Origin: Chiloscyllium plagiosum
Taxonomy: Eukaryota
NCBI RefSeq assembly: GCF_004010195.1
Contig: NC_057718.1
Location: 75,856,801-75,920,800 of the forward strand
Direction of reading: 5' to 3'
Length of the DNA stretch: 64,000 nt
Below the pieces are notes generated by a model, which was given only the letters and a program-made list of their open reading frames with translations, made no database searches and was not told the origin of the DNA. The translations under genes were made by a program, and so were the position numbers. Position 1 is the first letter of the stretch. Every line of letters begins with the position of its first letter. Below, one piece after another: positions 61,493 through 64,000 of this stretch.

Positions 61493-61859
61493 ATGTCCGA
61501 GGAGCAGGAAAATCGACATTTCGGGCAAAAGCCCTTCATCTGGAGTGGAGGCAGGGAGCCTCCATGCTGGGGATAAGGCAGCAAAGAGTACAATAGGTGA
61601 ATGGGGGTGGGGATGGAGGTGATACCATTCACCTATTGTACTCTTTGCTACCTTCTCCTCAGCCCCAGCTCCAGCACCCACACTCCCTGCACCCCCATTT
61701 ATCTCTCCACCCTGGAGGCTTGCTGTCTCCATTCCTGATGAAGGGCTTTTGCCCAAAATGTCGATTTTCCTGCTCGGATGCTGCCTGACCTGATGTGCTT
61801 TTCCAGCACCACACTAATCTAGACTCTTGTTTCCATCATCTGCAGTCCTCACTTTTGCC
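61493..61859 (+). mobile_element. Longer fold-back Penelope-like terminal element (family A variant), 14-bp TSD
   Basis: TSD tatcttaaatttca at 61479-61492 and 61860-61873; inverted arms centred near 61620; core cctgatgaagggcttttgcccaaaatgtc. Confidence 0.85.
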
Positions 61860-61874
61860 TATCTTAAATTTCAG

Positions 61875-63490
61875 CTGATCAGAGGAATTCAGCATAGACT
61901 TAAAAAGGTAATTATGGAATGGATTGTATTTTCTTTAAAGCATGACTAAAATAGTGGACAATGTAATGTCTATGCACGTTCTTGATATGGACTCCCAATA
62001 GGGCATTGGGAGATACTCATTCATGGGATATGGACATTGCTGGCCAGGCTACTATTTACTGCCCATCCCTAATTGCTACTTGAGAGACAACCACATAGTT
62101 GTGGTGTCAGGAGTCACATGTCAACCAGGTATGGTTAACAGATTTCCCTCCCTAAAAGGATATTAATGGACTAGATGGGTTTTTCTGACAATGGACAATG
62201 GTCATGGTCATCATTAAACTTTTAATTCTATATTTTTTTTTAATAACTGAATGCAAATTCCTACCTAAGTTTGAACCTGAGTACCCAGAACACAACCTGG
62301 GTCTCTGGAATAATAGTCTCACGATCACTAAGCCATCACCTAAACTAAGCCATCAACTAAAGTTGAAGCTTATTGCACTGAAGGCAAACTCTGGACCTAG
62401 TTAAGAAACTGGTTGAGCAGCTGGAGACAAATACACGCATATCAGACAGACACTGAATGCAACTAATGGGTGTTCATGCAAGGATCTCGGTTACGTCTCA
62501 ACTACTGACTGTCCTTATTAATGACTTAAATGATAGGATAGATGGCCAACATTCAAGATTGCTGATGACAGAGATAAATGGCATTGTGAACAGTGCAGAT
62601 GGAAACATCAGATCAGTGATATTGTTAGATTAAGTGAATTAACAAATCTATAACAAATGGATTTTAATGATGCATGTGAATTTAAGGACCTCCAGTTTGG
62701 TCCTGAAAAGGACATCAGACTACTTTCTAAATGTCAAAAGCTAGAAAATGCAAAGGTCCAAATTGACTTAGGAATCCCTGCAGTTTAATTATATAAATGT
62801 CACAGATGTGAACAAAAAAAATAAACAAATTGGTTCTATGTACTGTGCTTTATACCAAGAGCACCAGACCATAAAAGAGGTAGAATTTAAGCCACACTTA
62901 CAAAAAGCCCTGGTTAAATCACGCCTGGAATAAAATGTTCTGCAGTCAGCATCACAATTTAGGAAAGATATATTGACTTTGGAGGAAAAGCTGCAAAGAC
63001 TTATTAAGTGAAATTGCAGAGAGAGATTGCACAGATTAGAATATAACAAACTGAAAATGCTACAATTCAGACAGCAATGGAAAATAAGAGTTCAAGTTTC
63101 AGGTCAATGACAATTCATCAGATTTAACCCTGTTTCTCCCTACAAATGCTGCCTTACTGTGTCAGTTCTTCCAGCATTTTCTGTTATTTCAGATTTCCAG
63201 TATCTGCAAATTTTTTTTAATGCAAACTTGGGTAGTATTCTCTGAAACTTGGAAGGTTTAGAGATAACTCATTCAACATTCCAAGATATTAATGAGAATT
63301 GTAAAGGAAGCAAAAGAGAAATATTCACACTGGTTGGAGAATCTACAACTGGAAATGTAGCCCAGAAGATAGGTCAAATGTTAATTTTAATTTTGATACT
63401 GATAGCCTTTTTATAAGCAAAGGTATTAAGGAATAAGGGACAAAGATGGCTAAGTGGAATTAATGGTTACATTGAATGGTGGAAGTGGGT
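61875..63490 (+). mobile_element. Old degraded CR1 RT fragment with a nested SINE (~62015-62340) and a PLE end (~63085-63208)
   Basis: attgctgatgaca (ADD-like), aaaagccctggttaaatcacgcctggaata (KALV..LEY-like) and a CR1-type 3' region. Confidence 0.6.
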
Positions 63491-64000
63491 CATTGGTTAA
63501 ATAGTTTAATCCAGCTGCCATTATCCATTTGCTTCAAAAAGTAAGGCCATTCACAAGCACAATAGCGAAAATTAAATGGGAAAATTTATCTAAATATCCA
63601 AAGACATTCCACACACTTCTAAATGTTTCATAACCATATTGAAATACCTATTAACTGAGAAAAAGATCATACCGTACCATAAAAAAATTACAAATAGCAA
63701 GAACAATCTGTGAAAATATTCTTGAGTCGTCACTTGCCAAGAACTAGAAGGCCAAGGTCTTTTGAGAGGAGATGCTAAGTGCCTTAGGGGGTTCATAAGG
63801 ATCCTATGACTATTTTAAGAATGTGAATTCCCCCTGGTCGCCTGGTAAATATTTTTGACTAAACTGCTTTCTGGTCTTTATAAAGTTGATATTTTTTGGA
63901 TTTTGTTGTGTTCAATTTGTTTGTCACGTTCCCTTCTTTACAAGTGACTGCATTTGAAAAGAATATGATCAGCTGTAAACCACTTTGGATCTCAGACAAT

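Noticed and set aside
59000..64000. Next upstream MYO6 motor exon (expected ...IRHFAGAVCYET)
   Set aside because: No match found; tgtttcataacc near 63624 does not translate to the expected peptide, so the exon lies outside the window.

Overview
Vertebrate genomic DNA, inferred to be a cartilaginous fish (shark) from its repeat content: HE1/V-SINE-like SINEs, CR1 LINEs and Penelope-like elements. The window lies inside a minus-strand myosin VI gene (MYO6). I could splice 17 GT-AG coding exons (58979 down to 5248; 1897 nt, 632 codons plus 1 nt) into one continuous frame. They run from the C-terminal motor domain through insert-2, IQ, three-helix bundle, SAH, MIU, three symmetric large-insert cassette exons, MyUb/RRL and the WWY cargo-binding domain. 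The upstream exons and the final coding exon lie outside the window. Introns hold nested, decayed CR1 LINEs (one near full length), SINEs, L2 fragments, a Gypsy-type integrase remnant and Penelope-like elements (PLEs). The most notable signals are: (i) short fold-back PLE-terminus insertions with 10-15 bp TSDs carrying minimal hammerhead-ribozyme cores, sometimes on both strands; (ii) three locally templated duplications, one a 186-bp inverted copy fused to a SINE 5' end; (iii) a 42-nt first large-insert exon, longer than the human one as I recall it, and no visible small-insert exon. Nearly all entries in the ORF track are TE fragments or noise. Repeat family names come from recognised motifs, not database searches.
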